DNA of 63,093 nucleotides, counting the filler. It is 9 parts of 9 records of this genome, joined end to end, with 100 filler letters (N's around TTAATTAATTAA, not from the genome) between each part and the next. Parts side by side here need not be neighbours in the genome. Positions count along the whole stretch, not along the records: positions 37,104 to 43,649 come from SRR31147125_62139; positions 43,750 to 48,987 come from SRR31147125_62347; positions 49,088 to 56,141 come from SRR31147125_62472; 6 more parts are not named here. One strand, given 5' to 3'. Shown piece after piece: positions 41,816 through 52,731 of the stretch. Numbering within the stretch: position 1 is the stretch's first letter; each line of letters opens with the position of its first letter. Below the pieces are notes generated by a model that saw only the letters and a program-made list of their open reading frames with translations, did not search any database and was not told where the DNA came from. The position numbers were made by a program, and so were the translations under genes.

Positions 41816-43649
41816 TGAAAATTATTTCCATTTATTGTAAAGATGGCACATTTATGTGTTGTCGAAAATTGATGCTAATTATGAGAATAACATTTTTACT
41901 ATTAACTATTAATTTGCTAACGATTCATGCTGTCTCGTTCACACAGTCATCAAAAGTGTCGATTCGTTTGGAAAAGGTGGCTGTAAAAAAAATTCTTTCT
42001 TCTATAGAAGAACAAACAGAATATAAATTTTTATACAGTGATGATTTTATTGAAAATAAATTTGTTTCTGTGCATGTTCAAAACACAACTGTTGCTGATG
42101 TTTTGGGACTGATTCTTAAAGAGACAGGCAATTCATTTAGGGAAATTGAAAACAACTTAATTGTTGTAGCCCCATTTGTTAAGAAAAACCAGGAATACAC
42201 GGTTAAGGGTAGGGTGACAGATGCAAATGGATATCCTTTGCCAGGAGTTAATGTATTAGAAAAAGAAACTACAAACGGTGTTGTAACCAATCTTGAAGGA
42301 GAGTATTCTATCTCTGTTAGTAATCCTGATGCAATATTAAGTTTTTCTTATGTAGGATATTTAACCGAAGATATAAACATTGGAGGAAATACCACCATAG
42401 ATATTATTCTTGTTGAAGATATATTATCTATTGACGAGGTTGTTGTAGTTGGCTATGGTGTAAAAAAGAAAGTTAATTTAACGGGTGCTGTAACAGCTGT
42501 AGGTACTGATGAAATTGTAAAACGACCTGTGTCAGGAACTTCTGTTGCATTGCAGGGAATGATACCGGGAATGACCATTGTGCAACGTTCTGGTCAACCT
42601 GGCGCTGATTTTGGAACAATCAGGATGCGTGGTATTGGTACTATTAACACAAATAGTTCGGTTGATAAACTTACTCCATTGGTTTTGGTTGATGGTATGG
42701 AATATAACATTAACAATGTTGATGTGAATGATATTGAATCGGTATCTGTGTTAAAAGATGCTGCAGCAGCTTCTATTTATGGTGTCCGGGCTGCTAACGG
42801 GGTAATACTAATAACAACAAAACGTGGAGAATCAGACAAAATTGGTGTATCGTATTCTGGAAATGTTGGTTGGCAAAAACCAACCCGGCTTCCTGATTTT
42901 GTTGGCGCTCAGGATTATATGAAACTGGTGAATTTAACGAGTACTAACTCTGGTGGTTCGGAAGAATTTTCAAGTACAGATATTGCTGCTTACGACAATC
43001 CTAATAGAGATACAGATTTATATCCGGATGAATATTGGATGGATGAAATTCTTCAGGGAAATGGATTCCAGCAAGAACACAGTCTTGCAATAACAGGTGG
43101 TGCATCAAAAAGTCGTTACCGGTTTTCTGCTAACTATGTAGATCAAAACGGGATGATAAAAAAAACAAACTTTGAGAGACTTACTGTTCGTCTTAATACA
43201 GATGTAGATATTAATGAAAGGCTAAGTTTTAGCGGAGACTTAGCAGCTAAATTATCAGACAGGAACGAACCACAAGGTAATGCAGGTGGTATGTGGTTTC
43301 AATTTAGCCAGGCAATGCAGGCAAACCCTACCTTACCTGTAAAATATAGCGATGGAACATGGGGTATTTGCCGTGGTGATGGAAACCCTGTTCGCCACCA
43401 GGAAGAAGGTGGTAAATACAATTATCAGGATAATCAAATGGCCGGTAACTTTAAATTAAACTATAAACTATTAGATGGTTTAAACATAACTGGTATTGCC
43501 ATTACTAACTATACTACCTCCTTTAGTTCTATATATAATCAATCTTTAATGTATTATACGGATTTCCCTAAGAACCAAAGCACAATTTCTAAAGGTTCAA
43601 ACGAAATAACTAATTATTCGTACAAAACCTGGAATACAAATTTGCAAGG
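41815..43649 (+). CDS. susC: SusC/RagA TonB-dependent transporter with N-terminal STN domain (3' truncated)
   Basis: STN domain, carboxypeptidase-like domain, EVVVVGYG, PLVLVDG, DIES.SVLKDAAAASIYG.RAANGVILITTK.G. Confidence 0.95.
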
Positions 43650-43749
43650 NNNNNNNNNNNNNNNNNNNNNNNNNNNNNNNNNNNNNNNNNNNNTTAATTA
43701 ATTAANNNNNNNNNNNNNNNNNNNNNNNNNNNNNNNNNNNNNNNNNNNN
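43650..43749. other. Artificial contig spacer
   Basis: N44-TTAATTAATTAA-N44. Confidence 0.99.
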
Positions 43750-43750
43750 G

Positions 43751-44290
43751 CTCGTTTTTGAAGTAAGAGGACTTGTTGGTAAAGAATCCAAAATGCCGCG
43801 CAAGGTTACAAACGAGTTTTATATGGAAGAAGGCATGATTGCCGATGATAAATTTTATCCTAAAAATGGCGGAGCGCCTCAACCTTTGGAAGACTGCGGT
43901 GGCACTGTCAAACCAGGTGGAAATTTTGGCAATTTTATTGATGCTGTCAGGAGCAGAAAGGTTGAGGACCTGAATGCAGATGTTCTGGAAGGCCACTATT
44001 CAAGTGCGCTCGGTCATCTGGCAAACGTGTCTCAGCAACTGGGAACACAGGTTCCATTTAGTAAACGACCGGATGCTATTCTGGAAAATGAAGTCGTTTA
44101 TGATTCCTTTCAGATGATCGAGAAAAACCTGGCCTGGGGCCTTGGTCTCAAGCTGCACGACATGACCTATTGCCTTGGTCGCACGCTGGAATTCGATGCC
44201 GTGACAGAGAAATTTGTCGATGACGAAGAAGCCAATTCCATGTTGACGAGAGTTTATAGAAAGCCTTTTGAGGTGAAAGAGATTGTATAA
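43751..44290 (+). CDS. Gfo/Idh/MocA oxidoreductase, C-terminal part
   Basis: Open from the edge (LVFEVRGL); NFIDAVRSR...LNA...EGH.SS.L.HLAN, GR.L.FD...E.F..D.EAN.ML.R.YR.PF. Confidence 0.8.
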   Translation, partial: LVFEVRGLVGKESKMPRKVTNEFYMEEGMIADDKFYPKNGGAPQPLEDCGGTVKPGGNFGNFIDAVRSRKVEDLNADVLEGHYSSALGHLANVSQQLGTQVPFSKRPDAILENEVVYDSFQMIEKNLAWGLGLKLHDMTYCLGRTLEFDAVTEKFVDDEEANSMLTRVYRKPFEVKEIV

Positions 44291-44388
44291 ATGTTGATTT
44301 TGCAAGAATCACTTTTAGTATTATCCGTTTGATTTATTAAACAGGGAGTTTTTCCCTGAATGTAAAAGTTCTGAAACAGGAATAACAT

Positions 44389-44479
44389 TTATAAAAATAT
44401 GGTCCGAATATCTTTTACTATCAGGATTCGGTGTGTAAATGAATTTTGATATTAATAGACATATTCGGACCTTTTATAA
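44389..44479 (+). repeat. ~90-nt imperfect hairpin in intergenic region
   Basis: TTATAAAA/TTTTATAA, GGTCCGAATAT/ATATTCGGACC and TATCAGGATTC/GAATTTTGATA (two G-U pairs) form nested stems. Confidence 0.7.
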
Positions 44480-44664
44480 TCCCCATTTGACAGTTACATG
44501 ATCTTTTCCAAAAACTATCTGTTGCCTTTTAATGACTTGAGAGCATATATACTGTAACATCAATAAAAATATACTAACAATTTTAAAGTCAACTGCCCTG
44601 ATTTATTATATTTTTACAGATTTGATATGTGTTACATCCGGGTCACAAATATGGAGATTTGAAT

Positions 44665-47259
44665 ATGATATACAAATTATACAAAAAATATGCACCAGCA
44701 TTTTCCTGGTTTCTTTTAATCCTCATACTCATTCTGAATTCAATGTTATTTTCACAGGATGCGGAAAAACTGCCAATTTACAAAGACTATAATCAATCCT
44801 TTAAAGTCAGGGTATATGATATGCTTGCGCGGATGACGCTGGAAGAAAAGATCTCGCAAATGATGAGTCGTACTCCGGCAGATCTGACACGTTTTGACAT
44901 ACCAGGATATGAATGGTCAGGCCAGGTTGGTCATTGTCTGCAATCCAGACATGGTGGCGCTTCTACCATATTTCCACATGGCATTTCCCAGGCGTCGACA
45001 TGGAACAGACATCTCATCTATAAAGTGGCGACAGCCATATCCGATGAATCAAGGGCGCAGTTTAACAATGGCTATCCAAGAGCAGGACTTACCTTTTGGG
45101 CACCGGTTGTGGAAATGGCGCGCGATCCTCGTTGGGGAAGAACGCATGAATGTTATGGTGAAGATCCCTACTTGACATCTCAATTGTCATTGGCCTGGGT
45201 AAAAGGGATACAGGGAGATCATCCACGATATTTAAAGGCCATTGCCGCACCAAAACATTTTGTCGGCAATAATGAGGAATGGAACCGCCATAACGGTTCT
45301 TCTGATATTGATGAGCAACTTTTGCGTGAATATTACCTGCGGCCTTATCAGGTATTGGTTGAAGAAGGTAAGGCGGAATCCATGATGGCGGCATATAGTA
45401 GATTAAATGAGATTCCATGTCAGGCTAATAAAATGCTGTTAACAGATATATTGCGCGAAGAATGGGGATTTGACGGATCGGTTGTTACGGACTGCAATGG
45501 TCTGAAGGATCTTTTTCAAGGTCACAACTATGTTTCAAACGTCCAGGAAGCCATTGCAGTGGCGTTGAATTCCGGTATAGATATGGAGTGTGGTGATTAT
45601 TTTAAACAGTACCTGTTGGATGTTGTTAATAGCGGATTGGTTGCAGAGGAGACAATCGATACAGCGGTACGCAGACTTTTGTTATCCCGTTTTAGATTGG
45701 GCTTATATGATCCGGTTGAGATGGTTCCTTACAACCAAATCCCTCAGTCTGTTGTTGATAGTCCTGAACATCGTGAATTAGCAAGACAGACAGCCCGTGA
45801 GGCAATCATATTATTGAAAAATGAAAGCAATATATTGCCATTGGATAAAAACAAGATCAATTCCATTGCCGTGATTGGCCCCAATGCCGATGTTTGTCAA
45901 ATGGGTGGCTATACGGGATCCTACTCTGTCGCTGTTTCTCCACTGGATGGTATTAAGAACAAGATCGATAGCAGTAAAGTTTATTATGTAAAGGGCACAG
46001 ATATTAAGATATCGCCGCCTGTTATTCCAACTGAATATTTGGTTCCCCCTGAAGCCAAACCTGGTGAACATGGATTATTTGGCGAATATTTTAATAATAC
46101 CGAATTTTCCGGGGAACCTGTTTTGGTGCGTGTCGACTCTTTGATTGATTTTAACTATAGCAAGGGCTCTCCTGATAGTAAAATCCCCAATGATTACTAT
46201 TCTGTTCGTTGGTCAGGGCAGTTTATAGCACCTGTATCTGGTCCCTATTATATTGGTGGTGAATTTGATGATGCCATTCGTTTCTATTTTGACGGTGATT
46301 TGATTATTGATAAAACAAAAAACAGAAACCAATCATCCGCTGTTGCCAAGGTGGATTTGATCAGAGGAAAGCATTATGATATTCGAATTGAATTTACCGA
46401 GCATTGGTATAAATCCAAAATGAAACTGTGGGGTGCGCCGCCAGATTCTGAAAAATTTCGACAAGCAGTGGACATGGCTAAAAGAGCAGATGTGGCCATT
46501 GTCGTAGGGGGAACAGACGAGTCTGTGGAAAAGGAAGGTGTGGACCGTTCAGACTTAAAGCTGCCAGGTGATCAGAGAGATTTGATTGAAGCCATTTACA
46601 AAGCCAATCCTCGCACCATTGTTGTCTTGCAGAATGGTGGTCCTTTAGCCATTAATTGGGTGGCTGAGAATATCCCGGCCATCGTGGAAACCTTTTATAA
46701 TGGTGAAGAAGGTGGAAATGCATTGGCAGATGTGCTTTTTGGCGATTATAATCCTGCCGGCCGTTTACCCTTGACCATTTATAAATCTGTTGACCAACTT
46801 TCTTCGATAAGCGATTATGATATTCGTAAGGGTCGCACTTATATGTATCAAAAAGAAAAACCGCTGTTTCCTTTTGGTTATGGGCTTAGTTATACGAAAT
46901 TTAGTTATGGGCAGGTAAAAGTAGAAAATAAAAAAATGACTGCGTTTGAAGATATAAAGGTCTGTGTTAAAGTTACAAACACCGGTAACCGTACAGGGGA
47001 TGAGGTGGTTCAATTATATATTAAAGATGTAAAATCCAGTGTACAAAGACCTGAAAAACAGCTACTGGGTTTCGAAAGAATTTCGTTAAAACCCAAAGAA
47101 AGCAAAATTGTGAGCTTTGTAGTACCCGTAAATGACCTGGCTTTTTGGGATATAAAGCAAAAAGCGTTTGTCGTTGAACCGGGAGATTTCAAAGTGATAA
47201 TCGGTAGCTCATCAGAAGATATCAAGACAAGTGCTCAATTCAGAGTAATGGGAAATTAA
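44665..47259 (+). CDS. GH3 beta-glycosidase (xylosidase/glucosidase-like) with PA14 insertion and Fn3-like domain
   Basis: RDPRWGR..E.YGEDP, KHF, LREEWGFDG.VVTDC nucleophile, PA14 (YS.RWSG...DD), E..DR, FGYGLSY. Confidence 0.95.
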   Translation: MIYKLYKKYAPAFSWFLLILILILNSMLFSQDAEKLPIYKDYNQSFKVRVYDMLARMTLEEKISQMMSRTPADLTRFDIPGYEWSGQVGHCLQSRHGGASTIFPHGISQASTWNRHLIYKVATAISDESRAQFNNGYPRAGLTFWAPVVEMARDPRWGRTHECYGEDPYLTSQLSLAWVKGIQGDHPRYLKAIAAPKHFVGNNEEWNRHNGSSDIDEQLLREYYLRPYQVLVEEGKAESMMAAYSRLNEIPCQANKMLLTDILREEWGFDGSVVTDCNGLKDLFQGHNYVSNVQEAIAVALNSGIDMECGDYFKQYLLDVVNSGLVAEETIDTAVRRLLLSRFRLGLYDPVEMVPYNQIPQSVVDSPEHRELARQTAREAIILLKNESNILPLDKNKINSIAVIGPNADVCQMGGYTGSYSVAVSPLDGIKNKIDSSKVYYVKGTDIKISPPVIPTEYLVPPEAKPGEHGLFGEYFNNTEFSGEPVLVRVDSLIDFNYSKGSPDSKIPNDYYSVRWSGQFIAPVSGPYYIGGEFDDAIRFYFDGDLIIDKTKNRNQSSAVAKVDLIRGKHYDIRIEFTEHWYKSKMKLWGAPPDSEKFRQAVDMAKRADVAIVVGGTDESVEKEGVDRSDLKLPGDQRDLIEAIYKANPRTIVVLQNGGPLAINWVAENIPAIVETFYNGEEGGNALADVLFGDYNPAGRLPLTIYKSVDQLSSISDYDIRKGRTYMYQKEKPLFPFGYGLSYTKFSYGQVKVENKKMTAFEDIKVCVKVTNTGNRTGDEVVQLYIKDVKSSVQRPEKQLLGFERISLKPKESKIVSFVVPVNDLAFWDIKQKAFVVEPGDFKVIIGSSSEDIKTSAQFRVMGN

Positions 47260-47342
47260 AGATGTAATAAGGTCCGTTTTCAAACCATCATGACAAAAAA
47301 TAAACATGGATTGCTTTGTTTAATAAAGAGGAAAGGATCTTT

Positions 47343-48269
47343 ATGGATCGGCGAACATTTCTACAACGAACTGCAGGGACAGGACTATTGGCGGCTGCAT
47401 CCCTTTCCTGTTCGCAGGAAAAAAACACATTTCAAAACGGAATCAGTCCCTGGCCCTTGTGTCTGAACACAAGCACCATCCGGCCTGCTTCCCTTGAGGA
47501 CAAAATTCGTATCGCTGCATCAGCCGGCTATGATGGTATTGAACTCTGGGTGAATGACATGGAGAAATACGAAGCAGAAGGAGGGGATCTGCAGGATTTG
47601 GGTACAAAAATCAAGGATCTGGGAATGTTTGTACCAAATATCATAGGTTTATGGGGTTGCATGCCTATGGAAAATCAAGCCTGGAAAGAATCGCTCAAGC
47701 CGACCCGGAATCGTATGCGAATGTCAGCCGCAGTCGGAGCAAAACACGTGGCAGCAATCCCTTCTCCGGACAGAGCCGATATTGATTTAAAAATTGCAAC
47801 ACAACGATATCGTGACCTTTTAAAAATTGGGCGTGAAGAGTATGGCATTGTTGTGGCGTGTGAGTTTGTTGGATTTTTGAAAGGCGTTTTTCGTCTTGGT
47901 CAGGCGGCAGCCATTGCGTTGGATGCGAATGATAAGGATGCCTGCCTTATTATGGATACATTTCATCTATTTCGGGGTGGTTCTGGCTTTGAAGGCGTGC
48001 AACATCTGAATGGCAGTTTTATCGCTAATTTTCATTTTAATGACGTTCCCGCTGAACCGGCACGGGAAGAACAGCGCGATGAGCATCGGGTTTATCCTGG
48101 TGAAGGTATCCTGCCACTGGTGAAACTGTTACAGGATTTGAAATCAATCAACTATCGTGGTCCCATTACGCTGGAACTGTTTAACAGAGAACATTGGCAG
48201 CAGGATCTGAAGCAGGTGGCAATAACTGGTCTGCAGAAAATGCGGGATCTTGTGAAAGAGGCTCTCTAG
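47343..48269 (+). CDS. Tat-exported sugar-phosphate isomerase/epimerase (xylose-isomerase-like TIM barrel)
   Basis: MDRRTFL Tat motif and SLSC; GYDGIELW, EF, DTFH, FH.ND, R..PGEG.LPL, LELF metal ligands. Confidence 0.88.
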   Translation: MDRRTFLQRTAGTGLLAAASLSCSQEKNTFQNGISPWPLCLNTSTIRPASLEDKIRIAASAGYDGIELWVNDMEKYEAEGGDLQDLGTKIKDLGMFVPNIIGLWGCMPMENQAWKESLKPTRNRMRMSAAVGAKHVAAIPSPDRADIDLKIATQRYRDLLKIGREEYGIVVACEFVGFLKGVFRLGQAAAIALDANDKDACLIMDTFHLFRGGSGFEGVQHLNGSFIANFHFNDVPAEPAREEQRDEHRVYPGEGILPLVKLLQDLKSINYRGPITLELFNREHWQQDLKQVAITGLQKMRDLVKEAL

Positions 48270-48530
48270 TTCTTCCCGCAATTCATTATCCAATGATAAC
48301 AAATTTACTGTTATTTCTACTGAATTTATAAGTGGGAAAATGATCTTCTGTATCAGGATCGCTATCAATTTGAAAGGCGTGTACCTGTAACCAAATAGAA
48401 GGCCGGTCAAAGCACTCGGTTACCAGCCTCAATTCGCATGGAAGATGGCTTTTTGCGCTACGCATAACTGATGAAAATGGTTTGCCTTTTGATGATATTC
48501 AATTTAAATTGGAATAGTAGGAGTTCTTAA

Positions 48531-48987
48531 ATGAAAACAAGACTTAACATCATATTATTTTTAGTATTTACTCTATTTATGTTTATATCGGGTATCATTC
48601 CTTTCACCATTCTAACCGAATGTTATGCGCAAACCTTAAAGAAAACAGCACAGTTACAAATTACTCAGAAAACCCTGATAAAGGAAAATCCAGCAATCAG
48701 AAAAATTAATGGCATTTCCAGTCATGGTCTGATATTAACTAGTGAAAGTTTTGGTGGAAATAAGGAATACTCCTTGAAAAATCCAAAAAGCCTAAGTAAG
48801 GCTGTAAATAATCAAAGTATATTTTCTAAACAAGTCAAATCTAAAGAGTCAGTATATTTTGCTCTTAATGATCGTTTTTTGATCATAAGAAAAAAGAAGT
48901 GGGTGATGGTATAATTGAAATTTATGATACCATTAATGGGGTATCAAAAACACTAAAAAGTGATGCAGGACGTGTTCCGTTTGCTGC
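48531..48987 (+). CDS. Secreted hypothetical protein, probably frameshifted at an A-run (~48890) and truncated by the contig end
   Basis: AGGAG RBS and signal peptide; after the A6 run an alternative frame stays open to the edge (KEVGDGIIEIYDTING...). Confidence 0.5.
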
Positions 48988-49087
48988 NNNNNNNNNNNNN
49001 NNNNNNNNNNNNNNNNNNNNNNNNNNNNNNNTTAATTAATTAANNNNNNNNNNNNNNNNNNNNNNNNNNNNNNNNNNNNNNNNNNNN
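48988..49087. other. Artificial contig spacer
   Basis: N44-TTAATTAATTAA-N44. Confidence 0.99.
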
Positions 49088-49088
49088 G

Positions 49089-49457
49089 GGGGCGGCCAAG
49101 GGCAAGGCATTGTGTGCCTCGGATATCTTTGTTTTGCCAAGTTATACAGAAGGCTGCCCCAATTCATTGCTGGAAGCGATGGGCGCGGGATGCGCTGTCA
49201 TTGCCACGTCTGTAGGCGGAATACCCGACGTTGCAAAAGATGGTGTAAATTGTATTTCCGTGAAGACAAGAAACAGTGAGGACATTGCTGCTGCCATGAC
49301 AAAACTGCTCGAAGACGAACACCTGACAATATCAATGAGAAGAAACAATTTTGCCAAAGCCGGGGCGCAATTCGAATCCCACAAGGTCGCCGCTAAAATT
49401 TACGGCCACTACACGGCCATCTCCTACTCTTGTGATAATTCCCGGAGCGTATCCTGA
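49089..49457 (+). CDS. Glycosyltransferase family 4, C-terminal part
   Basis: DIFVLPS..EG.PNSLLEAM..G..VIAT.VGGIPD. Confidence 0.92.
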   Translation, partial: GAAKGKALCASDIFVLPSYTEGCPNSLLEAMGAGCAVIATSVGGIPDVAKDGVNCISVKTRNSEDIAAAMTKLLEDEHLTISMRRNNFAKAGAQFESHKVAAKIYGHYTAISYSCDNSRSVS

Positions 49458-49459
49458 CC

Positions 49460-50352
49460 ATGGACCCGAAATTTCCTGAAATCATTTACATCATGGGGAC
49501 CGGCCGCAGTGGGACGACCCTCCTTGAAATACTGTTGAGCAACAACCCGGGTATTAGCGGTGCTGGTGAATTGACTCATATTTTCAGGGACGGCGCTTTA
49601 GACAATATTCATTGCTCGTGCGGCAAAACAGCCTGGGAATGTCGCCGTTGGGGGGCGTATTCCACCATATCGGATTGGACGAATCATCCTCAAGTCGGTA
49701 TCGCGCGTTGTTGAACCGGATCGACTGGCATTGGGGGTTTTTCAAGCAGGCCCTGGGCTTGTTTAATGGCAGGGAAAGAAAACAATACGAAGGCATCCAT
49801 TCAGAATTGTTCGCCGCCATAGCGGGACTTGCCGGAGAATCACGGGTAGTGGATTCTTCGAAGTACGCCGCAAGAGCGATCGCGCTTTATCGGGCCTATC
49901 CTGAAAAGGTCAAGGTGATATGCCTGACGCGCTCACCGGCAGGATTGATCAAGGCATTCAAAAAGGTCGATGCAGAAGAACAAAAGCCAAAAAAGTTGAT
50001 CAGCATTGTGTTGTACTATTGGTGCGTGATCCTTTGCTGCCGTATCGTGACAAATATAGTGGGAGAGCAAAATTGTGTTGTTGTCACCTTTGAACAGCTT
50101 ATGAAGCAAACCGACGATGTCCTGGGAAAAATAGAAAATTTGATTGGCGTCAGCCTGAAAGGGGCAAAAAGAAAGATCGCTAAAAATGAATATTTACAGA
50201 CCGGCCACATCGTGACTGGAAACCGGTTGAGAAAAAAGGGGAAAATCAAATTTAAACCAAAAATTTCAAATAATAATGCAAATAGTAAAGTTGAATACTT
50301 GGCAGAAAAGACGATGCTTCTTTTCGGTAAGGCATTGGGATTTCACTATTAA
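49460..50352 (+). pseudogene. Sulfotransferase (PAPS-binding) split by a frameshift in a G6 run at 49650-49655
   Basis: IYIMG.GRSGTTLL...GEL...CSCG....C..W, then VVDSSK, L.R.P..., GN..R in the next frame; one extra G rejoins the frames. Confidence 0.8.
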
Positions 50353-50367
50353 GCGGGGAAAGTATTC

Positions 50368-51362
50368 GTGAAAGCTGAAGAAAATATTCTTGTTACCGGC
50401 GGAGCAGGAATGATTGGTTCCAATCTGGTAAAGCGATTCGTTGACAGTGGCTATCGAGTAAGTGTTGTAGACAATTTGTGGCGCGGCAAGAAAGAATACC
50501 TGCTGGATAATGAAGGCAAGCCTATCATCGACATGGAAAAAGACTTTCATCAGCTTGATTTGTCGATCCCTGGCAGCTTCGATCATATTCTTAAAGATGT
50601 GGATTACGTTTACCATCTCGCCGATGTGGTTGCTGGCATCAACTACGTTTTCAACAACCAGGGCAACCTGTTCCGGCACAATCTTTTAATCAATTCCAAT
50701 GTCGTCGATGCCGTGAAAAGAAACCCGGTGAAAGGTTATATATACGTAGGTACGGCGTGCAGTTTCCCGGCGGAACTGCAATCCGGCGTCGATGCGGCCC
50801 CGCTAAAAGAAGAGGATCAGTATCCGGCCAATCCCGAATCCGCATACGGTTGGAGCAAACTGATGGGAGAGTACGAAGCTTTTCTAATGGCCGAAGAATC
50901 AGGAGTTCCAGTATCCGTTCTGTCCCTTCATAACGTATACGGGGCGCCCTGCGATTTCGACATCGAGAGAAGCCAGGTGATTCCGGCACTGATTAGAAAG
51001 GCCATACGCTACCCGGAAGAAGATTTCATAGTTTGGGGCAGCGGCGCACAGGGGCGGGCTTTCGTGCATGTGGATGATATCGTGGATGCGCTGGTCCTGA
51101 CCAAGGAAAAGGCCTGGGGCAGGGATTGATCCAGATCGGTCCTGCCCACTGCACCTCCATTCGCGAAATAGCGAAAACCGTGGTGAATATTTCTGGGAAA
51201 GCTATTGAAATAGTTTATGACACCACAAAACCGGAAGGGGATAAGGGGCGCTGCGCTGACTATGGCAAGGCCGAGAAGGTGTTGGGTTGGGAACCGCGCG
51301 TCGATTTGCAGAAAGGGTTAAAAAATCTTTATGAATGGGTCGAGAGAGCAATGAATGGTTAA
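50368..51362 (+). pseudogene. NAD-dependent epimerase/dehydratase (GDP-mannose 3,5-epimerase-like) split by a frameshift at ~51107-51112
   Basis: TGGAGMIG, YGWSK, HNVYG, VWGSG.Q.R.F; one extra base in GAAAAGG restores KEKGLGQGLIQIG...LGW.P. Confidence 0.82.
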
Positions 51363-51381
51363 CTTCAATGGAGACGTTATA

Positions 51382-51802
51382 ATGCCTATTAACGCGATAA
51401 CGTTTTACAAGATCGGCAGAAAATTAAAGAAAGCGCATGTCCCCTTCGTTCCCAGGATTATAGAGGGACTGATATTCGTGATATTCAACTCATCAATTCC
51501 TCTAGAATGTAATATTGGCGATGGTACGGTTTGTGGTCACAGAGGTATCGGCGTTGTCATCAACAAAAAGGCAAGAATAGGAAAAAATTGTCTTATTAGA
51601 CCTCACGTGGTTATCGGGGGCGGGGAGACCTGGCGCACCAATTATTGAGGATGATGTGTCAATCGGTGTCGGTGCAAAGCTTATTGGTGGAATCAGGATT
51701 GGTAAAGGGGCTAAAGTCGGTGCAAATGCAGTTGTTATTGATGATATTGATCCTGAAGCAATCGCCGTAGGCATCCCCGCTAAGATGCTAAATGAAAAAT
51801 AG
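51382..51802 (+). pseudogene. Serine O-acetyltransferase-like hexapeptide acetyltransferase with a frameshift in G-runs at ~51616-51625
   Basis: H.GIGVVI...A.IG.NC.I...V.IGG, then in the next frame PGAPIIEDDVSIGVGAKLIG.IRIG..AKVGANAVV..D......VGIPAK. Confidence 0.82.
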
Positions 51803-51918
51803 AAACTCTCTTATAGACAGTGTGAGATTAAAAGAAAGAATGATTGATGTTTTGATAAGTGTTGAGGCACGCCGAAGACGCGGCAGTAATATTTATTTGA
51901 GAACGCGGTTAGCTCACT

Positions 51919-52731
51919 ATGAATTCTATTCTTAAGAAAACCAATTCTTACAACTTCATCGGTACCGAAGTCGAGGCCCTGACCTATCCCAAATTCTTCA
52001 GGCATGTCGATCAATGGGTCGCAAACAAACGGGGGCGCTCCCACCATATCGCCATCATCAACGCCTTCTGCGCCACCGAGGCCTTCCGCAACCCGCGCAT
52101 CGCAGAGATTTACAACAAGGCAGACCTGATCGGGCCGGATGGCATGCCGTTCGTGTATTGGTTTCGATGGGTCCTGAAATGCCACTGTGACCAGTTCGAT
52201 GCTTCCAGTATTGTGATCAATCTTGCCGAAAAAGCAAAAGAGACCGGATACACCTTTTTCCTTTACGGTGGTCACCCGGATGTGGTGAAACGGATGAAAG
52301 CCAAGCTTGAGGAGCTTTATTCATACATTCATATCGTCGGTTATCTCTCTCCGCCGTTCAGGCCGCTGACAGAAGAAGAAGATCGTCGAATCTGCGACGA
52401 GATCAACCGGCTGAAGCCGGATATCATATGTGTGGGGTTAGGGACACCCAAGCAGGATTACTGGATCGACGATCATATTTACAAGATCAAGGGCGCCGTT
52501 TTTGTCCCCTGCGGTGCCATCTTCGATTTTTTTGGGGGCCGGGTGCAGCGGGCACCAAGGGTGGTCAGCAAACTTGGTGTTGAATGGCTGTTTCGCCTCT
52601 TCAGCAAAGACATCAGGCGGTTGTGGTACCGTTACACGGTGTTGAACGGTATTTTTCTGTGGAATTTCTTTTTACAGTTTATCGGTCGTCGAAAATTTGA
52701 AGCAATTCGCAATATAAGGGAAAATGGCTAA
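51919..52731 (+). CDS. WecB/TagA/CpsF family glycosyltransferase (GT26)
   Basis: PDGMP, FFLYGG, SPPF, VGLGTPKQ, GAIFDF..G...RAP, G.EW.FRL....RRLW.RY. Confidence 0.93.
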   Translation: MNSILKKTNSYNFIGTEVEALTYPKFFRHVDQWVANKRGRSHHIAIINAFCATEAFRNPRIAEIYNKADLIGPDGMPFVYWFRWVLKCHCDQFDASSIVINLAEKAKETGYTFFLYGGHPDVVKRMKAKLEELYSYIHIVGYLSPPFRPLTEEEDRRICDEINRLKPDIICVGLGTPKQDYWIDDHIYKIKGAVFVPCGAIFDFFGGRVQRAPRVVSKLGVEWLFRLFSKDIRRLWYRYTVLNGIFLWNFFLQFIGRRKFEAIRNIRENG

